NCBI GenBank assembly: GCA_027008775.1
Contig: JALVDV010000007.1
Coordinates: 5,797 to 69,796 of the forward strand
DNA length: 64,000 nt
Direction of reading: 5' to 3'
Source: Candidatus Moraniibacteriota bacterium
GTDB lineage: Bacteria; Patescibacteriota; Minisyncoccia; Moranbacterales; DUUL01
Shown here: one piece after another, positions 18,710 to 28,722 of the stretch
Layout: every line of letters begins with the position of its first letter
How positions within the stretch are numbered: the stretch's first letter is position 1
Translations under genes and position numbers: made by a program
The notes under the pieces: generated by a model
What the model saw: only the letters and a program-made list of their open reading frames with translations
Told to the model about the DNA's origin: nothing
The model's database searches: none

Positions 18710-20563
18710 ATGGTTGATCTTGATAATGGTAATAGTAAAAACGAAGGGAACTCTAAGGAAGAGAGTTCTGCTCCAGAGACGAGCTCGCCTGCTTCAGCCG
18801 GGACAAGTGGAGGAACTTCTTCTTTAGTTGGTCAGCCGGGGCAAAAAGGGGTGAATGGCGATGACGTTGTTCAAAGTGAAGATTCTTCCAATGTTGACTG
18901 GGAGAAGTTGCAGATTGATGAGAAGGCTTTGGATCTGGTTTCTATTGAGTCATTGGATAAATTTAAATTTATTCCTTTTGAAGTGCGTGATGACTTTGTG
19001 AAGGTGGCGGTGGTTGATCCTAATGATATGAATACCCAGAATGCTTTGCGATTCTTTTCTCGGAAGGTTAGGAAGCGTCTAGAAATTTATCCGGTAGATG
19101 AAAGCACTTTTGATCTGCTTCTCAATAAAATCAGGAACAGGTTTATTGATGTGGAGAGTGCTTTGGATGTCTATGAAAAAAAGGAAGAGGAGGAGTCCAA
19201 GCGAAAGCAGACCAGTTTGCGTCGGCGGAAAACGACTACACAAATCTTGAAGGATGCGCCAATTTCCAAGATGGTGGAGTCTATCATTGAAAATGCCATT
19301 GACAGTAATGCCAGTGATATCCATATAGAACCCTTGGAAGACAGTGTTAGGGTGAGATACAGAATTGATGGCGATTTGCGGACGGTGGTTGTTCTACCGA
19401 AAAAAATAGCTCCGGCTTTGGTTTCGCGTATCAAGATTTTGGCCAATTTAAAAATTGATGAAAAAAGAAAACCGCAAGATGGCCGTTTTAGAATCAATGA
19501 TTTGGGGAGAGTGATAGATTTCAGGGTTTCCTCTTTTCCGACGGCCAACGGAGAAAAAGTGGTTTTACGTATTTTGGATACCAAGGAAGGCTTGATGAAG
19601 TTGGAGAAGTTGGGAATTATGCCGCGGGAGCGTAGAATTATTGAGGCGGCTATTCATGAGCCTTACGGGATAATTTTGATTACCGGTCCGACCGGTAGCG
19701 GAAAGTCAACCACTTTGTATTCCATGTTGCGAATAATCAACAAGGAGAATGTCAATATCATTACCCTGGAAGACCCGATAGAGTACATTTTGAAGGGGAT
19801 TAATCAAAGCCAAATCAGACCGGAAATCGGCTATACTTTTGCTTCCGGTTTGCGGAGTGTCTTGCGACAAGATCCGGATATTATTATGGTGGGTGAGATT
19901 AGAGATCAAGAGACGGCGGAGTTGGCTATCCATGCTTCTTTGACCGGTCATTTGGTTTTGTCCACCTTACATACCAACTCGGCGGCCGGGGCTGTTCCGC
20001 GTTTGATTGATATGGGTATTCAACCATTTCTATTGGCTTCTTCTTTGCGTTTGTTGATGGCACAGCGTTTGGTGAGGAAGATTTGTCAGTATTGCAAACA
20101 GCCGGTGGAGGATTTGCCGGAGGAGGTGCAACAGCAAATCAAAGATGATTTGCGTTTGGTGCCCAAGAAAATTTTTGCCGACAGAGGGATAGAGTTGGAT
20201 GTCAATGATCCCAATAGTAAAGTGGTGGTTTACAAAGGAGTTGGATGCCCCAAGTGTCAGGGCAAGGGCATGAAAGGAAGAATTGGTATTTTTGAGGTTA
20301 TTGAGGCAGATAAAAAATTTAATCGATTGGTTAGTAAAGGTGTTTTGGGCCCGGAATTGGAAGCCGAGGCTCGCAAGAATGGTTTTATCACGATGAAGGA
20401 AGACGGACTGTTGAAAGTTTTAATGGGCTTAACAACACTGGAAGAAGTGGAAAGGGTGACTGAAGATGACTGGACAGAGGAAAATGAAGAAATCAATCTT
20501 AAAAACAAAAAAGTTGAGAAGAGTGAAGGGGAGGAGAGCGATCAGAACAACTTAACCACTTAA
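18710..20563 (+). CDS. pilB: type IV pilus extension ATPase PilB (GspE family)
   Basis: Walker A ILITGPTGSGKSTTL, Asp/His boxes, the tetra-Cys motif CQYC...CPKC, a GSPII_E N-domain, and a low-complexity S/T/G N-terminal extension. Confidence 0.9.
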   Translation: MVDLDNGNSKNEGNSKEESSAPETSSPASAGTSGGTSSLVGQPGQKGVNGDDVVQSEDSSNVDWEKLQIDEKALDLVSIESLDKFKFIPFEVRDDFVKVAVVDPNDMNTQNALRFFSRKVRKRLEIYPVDESTFDLLLNKIRNRFIDVESALDVYEKKEEEESKRKQTSLRRRKTTTQILKDAPISKMVESIIENAIDSNASDIHIEPLEDSVRVRYRIDGDLRTVVVLPKKIAPALVSRIKILANLKIDEKRKPQDGRFRINDLGRVIDFRVSSFPTANGEKVVLRILDTKEGLMKLEKLGIMPRERRIIEAAIHEPYGIILITGPTGSGKSTTLYSMLRIINKENVNIITLEDPIEYILKGINQSQIRPEIGYTFASGLRSVLRQDPDIIMVGEIRDQETAELAIHASLTGHLVLSTLHTNSAAGAVPRLIDMGIQPFLLASSLRLLMAQRLVRKICQYCKQPVEDLPEEVQQQIKDDLRLVPKKIFADRGIELDVNDPNSKVVVYKGVGCPKCQGKGMKGRIGIFEVIEADKKFNRLVSKGVLGPELEAEARKNGFITMKEDGLLKVLMGLTTLEEVERVTEDDWTEENEEINLKNKKVEKSEGEESDQNNLTT

Positions 20564-20586
20564 TCTTTTGAGATATAATTATTTAT

Positions 20587-21681
20587 TTGATATTTATGCA
20601 AACGGAAAGTTTAAAAGAAAGACTAAATAAATACTTGAACTATGTTGTTCAGCAAGGCTGTTCTGATTTACATCTTTCTGTCAATGAATATCCAATTGTT
20701 CGTTTGGATGGTGATTTGTATCGCTTGGATAAAGAGCCGAAATTGACCAAGCAGGATATGGGGGAATTGGCCAAAGCGATTCTGGATGATTTGAAATTGA
20801 AAAAGTTGAAAGAGGATAGAACGATTGATTTTTCGGTGGCTTTGGAAAACGGCGATAGATTTAGAGCGAATATGTTTTTTCAAAAGGGCAATTTGAGTTT
20901 GGCCTTAAGATATATTCCGAAAAAAATAAAGACATTACAGGAGTTGAATATGCCCGCTCATATTTATAATTTTATGGAGAAGAGTCAGGGTTTGTTTCTG
21001 GTGACCGGTCCGACAGGTCACGGGAAGAGTACGACTTTGGCGGCATTAATAGATTATTTGAATGTTAACAAGCGCTATCATATTGTTACCATAGAAGATC
21101 CGATAGAATATTTGCATGAATCTAAACAATCTTTAATAGAACAACGGGAGGTTTTTTCCGATGCTTTGGATTTTGCTTCCGCTTTGCGCTCGGCTTTTCG
21201 TGAAGATGTGGATGCGATTTTATTGGGAGAGATGCGTGACTTGGAAACGATCTCCACAGCGGTGACGGCGGCGGAGACAGGGCATTTGATTTTGGCCACT
21301 TTGCATACCAATGATTCCATCCAAACGGTTGACAGGATTATTGATATATTTCCTCCGCACCAACAGAATCAGATCAGGGCGCAGTTGGCAAATGTCTTGG
21401 TGGGTATTGTTTCTCAGAGGCTTTTAAAAAAGAAAAATGGAGGAAGAATTCCGGCAGTGGAAGTTTTGATTAACAATGTGGCCGTTCAGAACCTGATTCG
21501 AGAAAAACAGACTCATCAGATCGGAACGGTTATTGATACATCTTTAGACAAAGGAATGATAAGCATCAATCGTTCTTTGGCGCGCTTGGTTAAACAAGGT
21601 ATTGTTGATATTCATGAGGCGGAGGCTTATGCAACCAATTTAGACTCCTTCAAAATGTTTTTGGAAGCGGAGGAGGCTTAG
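20587..21681 (+). CDS. pilT: type IV pilus retraction ATPase PilT
   Basis: Walker A FLVTGPTGHGKSTTLAA, ~364 aa, PilT-specific AIRNLIRE-like LIREKQTHQ. Confidence 0.9.
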   Translation: MIFMQTESLKERLNKYLNYVVQQGCSDLHLSVNEYPIVRLDGDLYRLDKEPKLTKQDMGELAKAILDDLKLKKLKEDRTIDFSVALENGDRFRANMFFQKGNLSLALRYIPKKIKTLQELNMPAHIYNFMEKSQGLFLVTGPTGHGKSTTLAALIDYLNVNKRYHIVTIEDPIEYLHESKQSLIEQREVFSDALDFASALRSAFREDVDAILLGEMRDLETISTAVTAAETGHLILATLHTNDSIQTVDRIIDIFPPHQQNQIRAQLANVLVGIVSQRLLKKKNGGRIPAVEVLINNVAVQNLIREKQTHQIGTVIDTSLDKGMISINRSLARLVKQGIVDIHEAEAYATNLDSFKMFLEAEEA

Positions 21682-21730
21682 TCGGGCGATTTTGTTTTTA
21701 TCTATAAATTCATCATTAAAATAAGAGGAA

Positions 21731-22939
21731 ATGCGCTTTAAGTACAAGGGAAAAAATAGAGAGGGTGTCTGGCAGAAGGGTATTGTAGAAACAATTTCCA
21801 GGCATTCGGCGGAAAAACTGTTGAGTTCCTACGGATTGACCGAGGTTGAATTGAAAGAAATCAAACCCAACAGTTTACAGGAGATTTTGTATAAAATGTT
21901 GAACGGAGTTAGCCCCAAGGAATTTGTGATTTTTTCCAGACAGTTGGCTATTTTGATAGATTCCAATGTGCCCTTGTTGTCCGCTTTGAATTCCATTGTG
22001 GAACAGACGGAAAATTCTTTCTTTGCTTTAAAATTGAAGTCAATAATGTTTGATGTGGATGCCGGCATGTCTCTTTCGGAGGCCTTGTCCAAACATAGAG
22101 ATATTTTTTCCGATTTTTATATCAGTATGATCAGGGCCGGTGAGGTTTCGGGGACTTTACAAAAAACTTTGAATAAGCTGGCTGATAATATAGAAAAAAA
22201 TTACGAGTTGACTTCGGCTCTAAAAGGAGCGATGTATTACCCGGCTTTTGTTTTGTCGGCGATGGTGGCTGTCGGGGCCTTAATGATGGTGACGGTTATT
22301 CCCAAGTTGCTGGAAATATTGACGGAGACTAATCAAACTTTGCCTTTGCAAACACGACTTTTGATTTGGACCAGTAATTTTATGGTGCACTATTGGTGGG
22401 CGGCTCTGTTAGTGGTGGTCGCTCTAATTATCCTGGTGACTTACTATTTGAAAACTCCTTCCGGCCGACGTCAATTCGACCAGATTGTGATTAAGTTGCC
22501 GATTGTTGGCAGAATATTGAGAAATATTTACGTGGCTCGTTTTGCGGAAAATTTGGAGACTTTGTTGGAGAGTGGTTTGCCTATCAGGCTGTCACTGGAT
22601 ATTACGGCGGATGTAATAGGCAATTCGGTTTTTCGCGATATTGTGAAGCAAGCGGCGGAAGAAATTAAAAAGGGTGGAAATCTGTCGGAGGTGTTGGGTC
22701 GTTACGAGGAGATTCCGCCGGTGATGGTGCAGATGGTGGAAGTGGGGGAGCACACGGGTAGAATATCTTTTTCTTTGGGAAAAATATCTGAATTTTATAC
22801 CAAGGAAGTGGATAGGATGGTGCAGAATTTCTCTACCTTGATTGAACCGGTTTTGATGGTGTTTTTGGCGATTGGAGTGGGAATTTTGGTTTCGGCTATT
22901 CTGTTACCGATTTACCAGGTGGCAATGAGTATAAAATAA
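21731..22939 (+). CDS. pilC: type IV pilus platform protein PilC (GspF family)
   Basis: Duplicated GspF domains with 3-4 TM helices, ~400 aa. Confidence 0.85.
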   Translation: MRFKYKGKNREGVWQKGIVETISRHSAEKLLSSYGLTEVELKEIKPNSLQEILYKMLNGVSPKEFVIFSRQLAILIDSNVPLLSALNSIVEQTENSFFALKLKSIMFDVDAGMSLSEALSKHRDIFSDFYISMIRAGEVSGTLQKTLNKLADNIEKNYELTSALKGAMYYPAFVLSAMVAVGALMMVTVIPKLLEILTETNQTLPLQTRLLIWTSNFMVHYWWAALLVVVALIILVTYYLKTPSGRRQFDQIVIKLPIVGRILRNIYVARFAENLETLLESGLPIRLSLDITADVIGNSVFRDIVKQAAEEIKKGGNLSEVLGRYEEIPPVMVQMVEVGEHTGRISFSLGKISEFYTKEVDRMVQNFSTLIEPVLMVFLAIGVGILVSAILLPIYQVAMSIK

Positions 22940-23065
22940 TATATTTGGCTAAATTGGTGTTGGATATTTTTTGATTGTATGTTATAATTCTCTTGTGGAA
23001 TAGTATCTGGGAAGAATTAAAATAATATAAAAATTAAAATAAAATAGAATGGAGGTGAGTAAAGT

Positions 23066-23512
23066 ATGAAATTGAAGAGTAATTCAAGGGGTTTTACGCT
23101 GGTGGAGTTGCTTTTGGTGATCGCCATTATCGGTATTTTGGCAGCAGTTGTTTTCATTGTGATTGGTCCGGCGCGTAAAAAAGCTCGGGTAGCCACTTTC
23201 AAAGAGCATATGGTTGATTTGGTAAAGGCCGGAGCTTCTTGTATAGACAGTGAAGGGATAATACAAGATGGGCAGGCTGATGGTACGCAACCCTTTTGTC
23301 TAAATAGTGCCGGAAATCCAGTTGGTGGTTTAGACAATATTCCAGAGATAAAGGTTTGTAGAGGTGGTTCAGGTGTGATAACGATCAGTGTTCAGAATGG
23401 TGGCAGTGATGATTTTGAGATTACGGCTGATTGCCCAGTAAGTGACACTGCCAATTGTACCGCTGATTGTACTATTGGTGGTTGTACGTTTAGTGATGAA
23501 TGTAATCTATAA
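23066..23512 (+). CDS. type IV major pilin paralog 1
   Basis: Class III signal ...SRGFTLVELLLVIAIIGILAAV (prepilin cleavage G|F, Glu+5). C-terminal Cys pairs. GGAGG RBS. Confidence 0.8.
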   Translation: MKLKSNSRGFTLVELLLVIAIIGILAAVVFIVIGPARKKARVATFKEHMVDLVKAGASCIDSEGIIQDGQADGTQPFCLNSAGNPVGGLDNIPEIKVCRGGSGVITISVQNGGSDDFEITADCPVSDTANCTADCTIGGCTFSDECNL

Positions 23513-23688
23513 TGTTTTAGAAATCGGTTATGGGTTTTTAGGACGGGTTCGTCTTAAAAACTCATATTCCGGTTTTTAGAGTGTTAGTTTTTGTTGTGGC
23601 TTGGGTGGATTTGTTTGGGAAAGGCGTCGCTTTATTGGAGACAGTAAAGTGTTTAGATATAACATCGTATTTATTAAAGCGAAAAAAT

Positions 23689-24081
23689 ATGTTGCGGAAA
23701 AATAAAAGTGGTTTTACCTTAGTTGAGATATTATTGGTGATCGCGGTTATTGGGATTTTGTCCAGTGTAATCATGGTGGGGATTGGTGGTGTTCGGAAAA
23801 AAGCCAGAACATCGGCAGCTCTGAAAACGGCCGAGAGCGCAACGGCTGAACTGGCGCATTGTTATTTAAATGATAAGCCTATTACACCGTGGACCAATAA
23901 TATAAATGGTGGCGGAATTATCTGTTCTGGCGCCGGGGAATGGCCTTCTTTAACGCATCGTTGTCATTATGATATTTTTAATGCTGCTAATTATGAGTTT
24001 TCAATTAAGTGTAATGATGACCAGCATACCATAACTTGCAATTACGCCGATGGTAAGTGTATCGTCAGTTATGGTAGCTAG
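23689..24081 (+). CDS. type IV pilin paralog 2
   Basis: MLRKNKSGFTLVEILLVIAVIGILSS, with C-terminal cysteines. ATG 23689 is chosen over the longer alternative-start ORF at 23581. Confidence 0.75.
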   Translation: MLRKNKSGFTLVEILLVIAVIGILSSVIMVGIGGVRKKARTSAALKTAESATAELAHCYLNDKPITPWTNNINGGGIICSGAGEWPSLTHRCHYDIFNAANYEFSIKCNDDQHTITCNYADGKCIVSYGS

Positions 24082-24137
24082 CAGGTTTTTATTTGACTTT
24101 GATTAGTGAGCGTTTTGTTAATAGATAAACAGAAAAA

Positions 24138-24593
24138 ATGAGATTTGGTTTTTTGAAGAGGGAAAATGGTTTTACTTTAATAGAATTATTAACAGTGATG
24201 GCCATTATTGGGATTTTGTCGGCGGCGATGCTGATTACTTTATCGGTTTACAAGAAAAGAGCGACGGCTAGCAAGTTGTTGCTAGAATTATCTTCAGCTA
24301 TGCAAAAGGTTTATCTTTGTATTTCCGATGGAAATCAGGTTGCTCAACCGACTGATGCCGGTGGGGGTGTCATTTGTCAAGATGCAGGTGATAATGATTT
24401 GCCAAATTATGGACGTTGGCCCGAATTACCTTCCGGATATGTGTATCAATCGTCTTCTTCTTTTGGGAATAGCTGGTTTTATATGGTTACCAGTGGTGAT
24501 GGTGACTTGAGGATTTGTTGCAATTCAACTTCCGGTAAATGTAAGAAATTTGATTCGGTCGCTCCCTGTAATACAACTACAGATTTAAATTAG
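24138..24593 (+). CDS. type IV pilin paralog 3
   Basis: MRFGFLKRENGFTLIELLTVMAIIGILSAA, with four C-terminal cysteines. Confidence 0.75.
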   Translation: MRFGFLKRENGFTLIELLTVMAIIGILSAAMLITLSVYKKRATASKLLLELSSAMQKVYLCISDGNQVAQPTDAGGGVICQDAGDNDLPNYGRWPELPSGYVYQSSSSFGNSWFYMVTSGDGDLRICCNSTSGKCKKFDSVAPCNTTTDLN

Positions 24594-24598
24594 CCTTT

Positions 24599-25417
24599 AT
24601 GTTTTGGTTGGTATTTTTCAAGTTTTCGGTTGTTTTCGTGTTGGGTTTGATTTTTGGCAGTTTTGCCGGGGTGTTAATAGAAAGAGGAGAGAAAGGAGAA
24701 AGTTTGCGGGGGCGCTCCCATTGTGATCATTGTAAAAAGAAAATAGTTTGGTACGACAATATCCCGGTGGTCAGTTTTCTGTTGTTACGGGGCAGGTGTC
24801 GCTATTGTGGGCAAAGAATATCTTGGTGGCACCCTTTGACAGAACTGATTTTTGGGGTAACGTTTGTTGGGTTAGCTTGGCAGAGCGGATTTTTTGCCGG
24901 TTGGCTCAGTGGTGATGATATTTGGCGGACTGTTTTTTGCCTGGCCATCGGTTTTATTCTTTTGACAATTTTGTTTTGGGATTGGAAGTATATGATAATT
25001 CCCGATGGGCTGGTGGTAGGAGGGCTAGTCATCGGAGTTCTTTTTTATCTGCGCGCTTATTTGCTTTCCCCGGATACCTTGTTGGCGGTGAATACTGATT
25101 TGAGTCGTAATTTATTGGGTGGTTTGGCAGTTGGAGGATTTTTTTATTTGCTTTGGCGATTTTCTCGGGGGAAATGGATTGGCGGTGGTGATGTTAAGTT
25201 GGGGTTTTTAGTTGGGTTTTTGGTTGGTTGGAAATTGTCTTACTTTTTGTTACTCTTGAGTTATCTTTTGGGAGCTGTGCCGGCGTTGTATTTGTTGTTG
25301 ATAGGGAAGGCAAAGGCTGGGAGTAAAATTCCTTTTGGGCCTTTCTTGGTTTTGGCTACCTTGATCGTTTTATGCTGGTCGGATAGGCTTAGTCATTTGT
25401 TAAAATATTGGTTTTAA
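24599..25417 (+). CDS. pilD: prepilin peptidase PilD (A24 family)
   Basis: Tetra-Cys zinc motif CDHC...CRYC, multiple TM helices, catalytic Asp region (IIPDG). Confidence 0.85.
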   Translation: MFWLVFFKFSVVFVLGLIFGSFAGVLIERGEKGESLRGRSHCDHCKKKIVWYDNIPVVSFLLLRGRCRYCGQRISWWHPLTELIFGVTFVGLAWQSGFFAGWLSGDDIWRTVFCLAIGFILLTILFWDWKYMIIPDGLVVGGLVIGVLFYLRAYLLSPDTLLAVNTDLSRNLLGGLAVGGFFYLLWRFSRGKWIGGGDVKLGFLVGFLVGWKLSYFLLLLSYLLGAVPALYLLLIGKAKAGSKIPFGPFLVLATLIVLCWSDRLSHLLKYWF

Positions 25418-25432
25418 ATTAGCTTAAAGTAA

Positions 25433-26119
25433 ATGTTCAAGCTGCGTTTAGAAAAGAAAAATAAAAGTAAAAAGGAAAACGGGAAAGAGGGTTCTATTGC
25501 CGGTCATTTTTTCAGGCAGGCCGGGTTTTTGTTTGTAAAAAAGGGAGTTGTTTCAGGTTTTCAGGCCGGTTTTACTTTAATTGAAATGGTGATAGTGATT
25601 GCCATGATTGGAATTATTACCGGGGCGACATTGAAACTGGTGAGATTTTCCGACATTTACAAAAATTTGACTTTGAAAACGATGGAAATTAAAGGAATTT
25701 TGCGAAACGCTCAGATTTTGTCTTTGGCGCCGCCGGTTATTGAGAAAGATGGAAACAAGTTGCTGATTTGCGGATTTGGCTTGCGGAACGACAGTTCTGA
25801 TCTGTCCAAGGTTTCGCTTTTTTATTCCTATTCTCCAAATAATGAGGTGGAAGATTGTGCCAATATAGGAAATATTGGTGATGTCTGTGATGAGGTGGGT
25901 GCGGGTAATGCTTGCCTAGATTATGAGACGAAGAAATTTGATGGTTTTACGATTACCAGAGATGGCAATAGTCAGCCGGTTAAGATATTTTTCCGCTCTC
26001 CTTATGGTGAGACCGTTGGGGTTGCTGATACCGGTTATAATATTGTTATAAAACAGGCTGAAAACAATTACACCAAGACTATTAAGGTAAACAAATTTGG
26101 CAAAATAAATGAAGAGTAA
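25433..26119 (+). CDS. minor pilin / pseudopilin (prepilin-type N-terminal cleavage/methylation domain)
   Basis: QAGFTLIEMVIVIAMIG after a long basic leader. The start codon is uncertain. Confidence 0.6.
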   Translation: MFKLRLEKKNKSKKENGKEGSIAGHFFRQAGFLFVKKGVVSGFQAGFTLIEMVIVIAMIGIITGATLKLVRFSDIYKNLTLKTMEIKGILRNAQILSLAPPVIEKDGNKLLICGFGLRNDSSDLSKVSLFYSYSPNNEVEDCANIGNIGDVCDEVGAGNACLDYETKKFDGFTITRDGNSQPVKIFFRSPYGETVGVADTGYNIVIKQAENNYTKTIKVNKFGKINEE

Positions 26120-26687
26120 GAAGCTTTTTGAGCAAAACAAAGAACGTATATCGGATGAAGCCGGTTACACTTTGATAGAAATAGTGATCGTTTTATTATT
26201 GGTAGCATTTGGTTTTGTCGGCTCTTATCAGTTATTTGTGACTTCTCTGCGAGCGGATACGGAAAGTCGGTATGAAATTATTGCCGGAGAGTTGTTGCAG
26301 GAGGGTCTGGAGATTATTAAAAACAAGAAGGAGGAGAATGATTTGAAGTGGGCTATTTGGGATCCGTCAGATGAGGATGAGCCAAAACTAAATGAGGGGA
26401 TGCGGAATGTTGATTTTAACCCGATAGTTGATTTCAATACCAAGACAATTGAATTTGAAACAAATCATTTTAATTTACAGTACGATTTAGATAAAAAAGA
26501 ATATGTATTGCAAAATAATTGTTCCAATTGTGTTGGACCGGTTTTTGAAAGAAAGTGTACTCAGAGTTTAAATGCTGACGAGGATGTGCTAAGGGCCAGA
26601 TGTACGGTTTCTTGGCAGAGTGTTTTAGCGGGGGGTGGGGAAAGGAGTATTTTGGCGGAAACGGCTTTAACGGATTGGGAGAGATAG
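26109..26687 (+). CDS. minor pilin / pseudopilin
   Basis: EAGYTLIEIVIVLLLVAFG prepilin motif. 11-nt overlap with the upstream gene. Confidence 0.6.
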   Translation: MKSKKLFEQNKERISDEAGYTLIEIVIVLLLVAFGFVGSYQLFVTSLRADTESRYEIIAGELLQEGLEIIKNKKEENDLKWAIWDPSDEDEPKLNEGMRNVDFNPIVDFNTKTIEFETNHFNLQYDLDKKEYVLQNNCSNCVGPVFERKCTQSLNADEDVLRARCTVSWQSVLAGGGERSILAETALTDWER

Positions 26688-26719
26688 GTTTATTGTTCTA
26701 ATTGGAAAATTTTTAGAAA

Positions 26720-27385
26720 ATGGCAAAGTTGAAAATAAATAACAAGGAAAAACCGGGAAGATCAGATATTACGAGAAGCGATTTTTTGCAGGGCGGTTTT
26801 ACTTTGATTGAGGTGGTGGTTTCTTTAGCTATTTTTGCTTTTATTGTCGGCGGGGTGACCGTTTTTGCGGTTAATACCATTAAGGCCCAACAAAGATCAA
26901 GAGCTATGCAAGAGGCGATGGATAATGCTCGCTACGCTATTGATGATTTTGCTAAGAACATTAGAACCAGTTCCAATGTTAAGGGTGATGGCTCTGGCCA
27001 ATTCTTGTTTTTTGTCAGTAATTTAGATTTGGCGAAGTATTGTTACAGATTTAACGGCGATATTTTAGAAGAAGCTAGAATTGTTCCCAATACCAGTGGT
27101 AGCAATGATGATTATAATGGTGTGAAAAGTTGTAGTGATTTTTCTGACTCTGATTTTAAGCCGGTAGTGGGGGGCTCTGCTAACAGTAAGATTTCCGTGG
27201 CTGGCAAATTTCAATTTTGGCAGACTGATGTTCATTCTAATTCTCCCAAGCGAGGTTATGTGCAAATTAATGTTGATTTGATTTATAATGAAAATGGTTT
27301 GCCGGAAGATAATGCTCAGGCCCATATTCAGAGTGGAGTGTCTTTGATGGATTATGGTTTGGAAGATTTTAATTTGGAGTTATAG
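26720..27385 (+). CDS. minor pilin / pseudopilin
   Basis: QGGFTLIEVVVSLAIFAFIVGG prepilin motif. Confidence 0.6.
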   Translation: MAKLKINNKEKPGRSDITRSDFLQGGFTLIEVVVSLAIFAFIVGGVTVFAVNTIKAQQRSRAMQEAMDNARYAIDDFAKNIRTSSNVKGDGSGQFLFFVSNLDLAKYCYRFNGDILEEARIVPNTSGSNDDYNGVKSCSDFSDSDFKPVVGGSANSKISVAGKFQFWQTDVHSNSPKRGYVQINVDLIYNENGLPEDNAQAHIQSGVSLMDYGLEDFNLEL

Positions 27386-27458
27386 CTTGATTTTTGTGGA
27401 AATGGATTTTTGTTTGCAGGGAATTTGAAAATTTTAAATAAAAAATAATAATAAAATT

Positions 27459-28241
27459 ATGAATAAACTTGTTGGCAACAATAGAGAGGGTGAAAAGGGG
27501 TCAATATTGATTCTAACTCTGCTGATTTTGGTGGGAGCTCTATCTATCGGGGTGGCAATTTCGGCCGTGTCGGTGCTGGAGAGAAAAATGACTACCAAAA
27601 GTCGGCGTTCGGTTTCGGCTTTTCAAGCGGCCAATGCCGGAGTGGAGTGGGCGATGAAGCAGATTGATGATGCTGAGCCTGATAAGAAGGTAACTGATGT
27701 TTTTGGTTTTAATGCAGATTCTGGCGAAGTTGTTTGCCCGGATGATTTGTTTTCCGATTCTTCTGACTCTAGCTGTAAGGTAATTTTATTGCAACGGAGC
27801 TCGGGAGGAGGACAAGATGAGTGGCAGAAAATCAATTCTGATATTCCGGTGAAAGATTTGGTGGCGGTTAGAGTTAAGGGTTTTTACAAGCAAGGTTCGG
27901 AAGAAGTGAGTCGGGCTTTGGAAGCCTATGCAATGCCAAACTGTGACAGTAATGAAGAGAGAGTGGCTGATTTTTGTGTGGATAAAAGTTATGTAGGTTC
28001 TCAGCAGGATTGGGGTGATGCGGTGGAAGCGTGTGCCGATTTAGGAAAAAGGTTGTGTTCGGCGGCGGAGTTAAAAGCGGTTGAAGGCTCTTCTCTGACT
28101 TTGGGTAATGATATTGGTTCACGTGATGAATGGGCGGCGGATGCTTCCAGTGGTGGACAAAGAATCTATTTTGGCCATTCTGGCTTAGGAGAATCACCCT
28201 CGGGAACCGATCATGATTTTCGCTGTTGCCGAAATCGCTAA
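27459..28241 (+). CDS. PilX-like minor pilin with a C-terminal C-type-lectin-fold (CTLD/DUF1566-like) domain. Putative pilus tip adhesin.
   Basis: N-terminus GSILILTLLILVGALSIGVAISAVSVLERKMTTKSRRSVSAFQAANAGVEWAM is PilX_N-like. The C-terminus ...DWGDAVEACADLGKRLCSAAELKAV...EWAAD...FRCC fits the W-x2-A-x3-C-x3-G-x2-L-x4-EL CTLD pattern. Confidence 0.55.
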   Translation: MNKLVGNNREGEKGSILILTLLILVGALSIGVAISAVSVLERKMTTKSRRSVSAFQAANAGVEWAMKQIDDAEPDKKVTDVFGFNADSGEVVCPDDLFSDSSDSSCKVILLQRSSGGGQDEWQKINSDIPVKDLVAVRVKGFYKQGSEEVSRALEAYAMPNCDSNEERVADFCVDKSYVGSQQDWGDAVEACADLGKRLCSAAELKAVEGSSLTLGNDIGSRDEWAADASSGGQRIYFGHSGLGESPSGTDHDFRCCRNR

Positions 28242-28250
28242 TTTGAAAAA

Positions 28251-28685
28251 ATGATATTAAGAAAGTGGGAGATTGTTTTTGTTGTTTTGTTGCTTTTATT
28301 GGTAGGATTGGTAACTTATTGGGCGATTGGGCGAGTTCGTTTGAGGGAGGACTTAGCTTTGGTGCAAATTGGTTTGACGGATGCTTTGCTGGCGGCGAAG
28401 AAATGTCTGGAGGCTGGCGGAACGGTACAAGACCCTTCTTTGGGTCGGCCAGGTCGGGTTTTTGTTTGCAGTCGCCAGGAGATTAGCGGGGAAGTTTATC
28501 CTGATCTGCAAAAAATTTCTCCACATCATTATTTTTATCAATATTCTCCCTTAAAAGGCGAATGCAAAATTTTGTCAGAATGTCGGCGACAAGATATTTT
28601 CCCGACTTTTGGAGTGTTGTTGAAAGGTAGCTCAGTCTTACGTTGTGATATAAGAAAAGGTTTTTGTTATACGGTGCAAAATTGA
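28251..28685 (+). CDS. hypothetical Cys-containing membrane-anchored protein in the pilus operon
   Basis: N-terminal TM (IVFVVLLLLLVGLVTYWAI) without a prepilin G|F site. Four Cys. Confidence 0.35.
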   Translation: MILRKWEIVFVVLLLLLVGLVTYWAIGRVRLREDLALVQIGLTDALLAAKKCLEAGGTVQDPSLGRPGRVFVCSRQEISGEVYPDLQKISPHHYFYQYSPLKGECKILSECRRQDIFPTFGVLLKGSSVLRCDIRKGFCYTVQN

Positions 28686-28722
28686 AAAAATAAGTCCGAT
28701 AAATAATAATTAGTTAAAAAAT

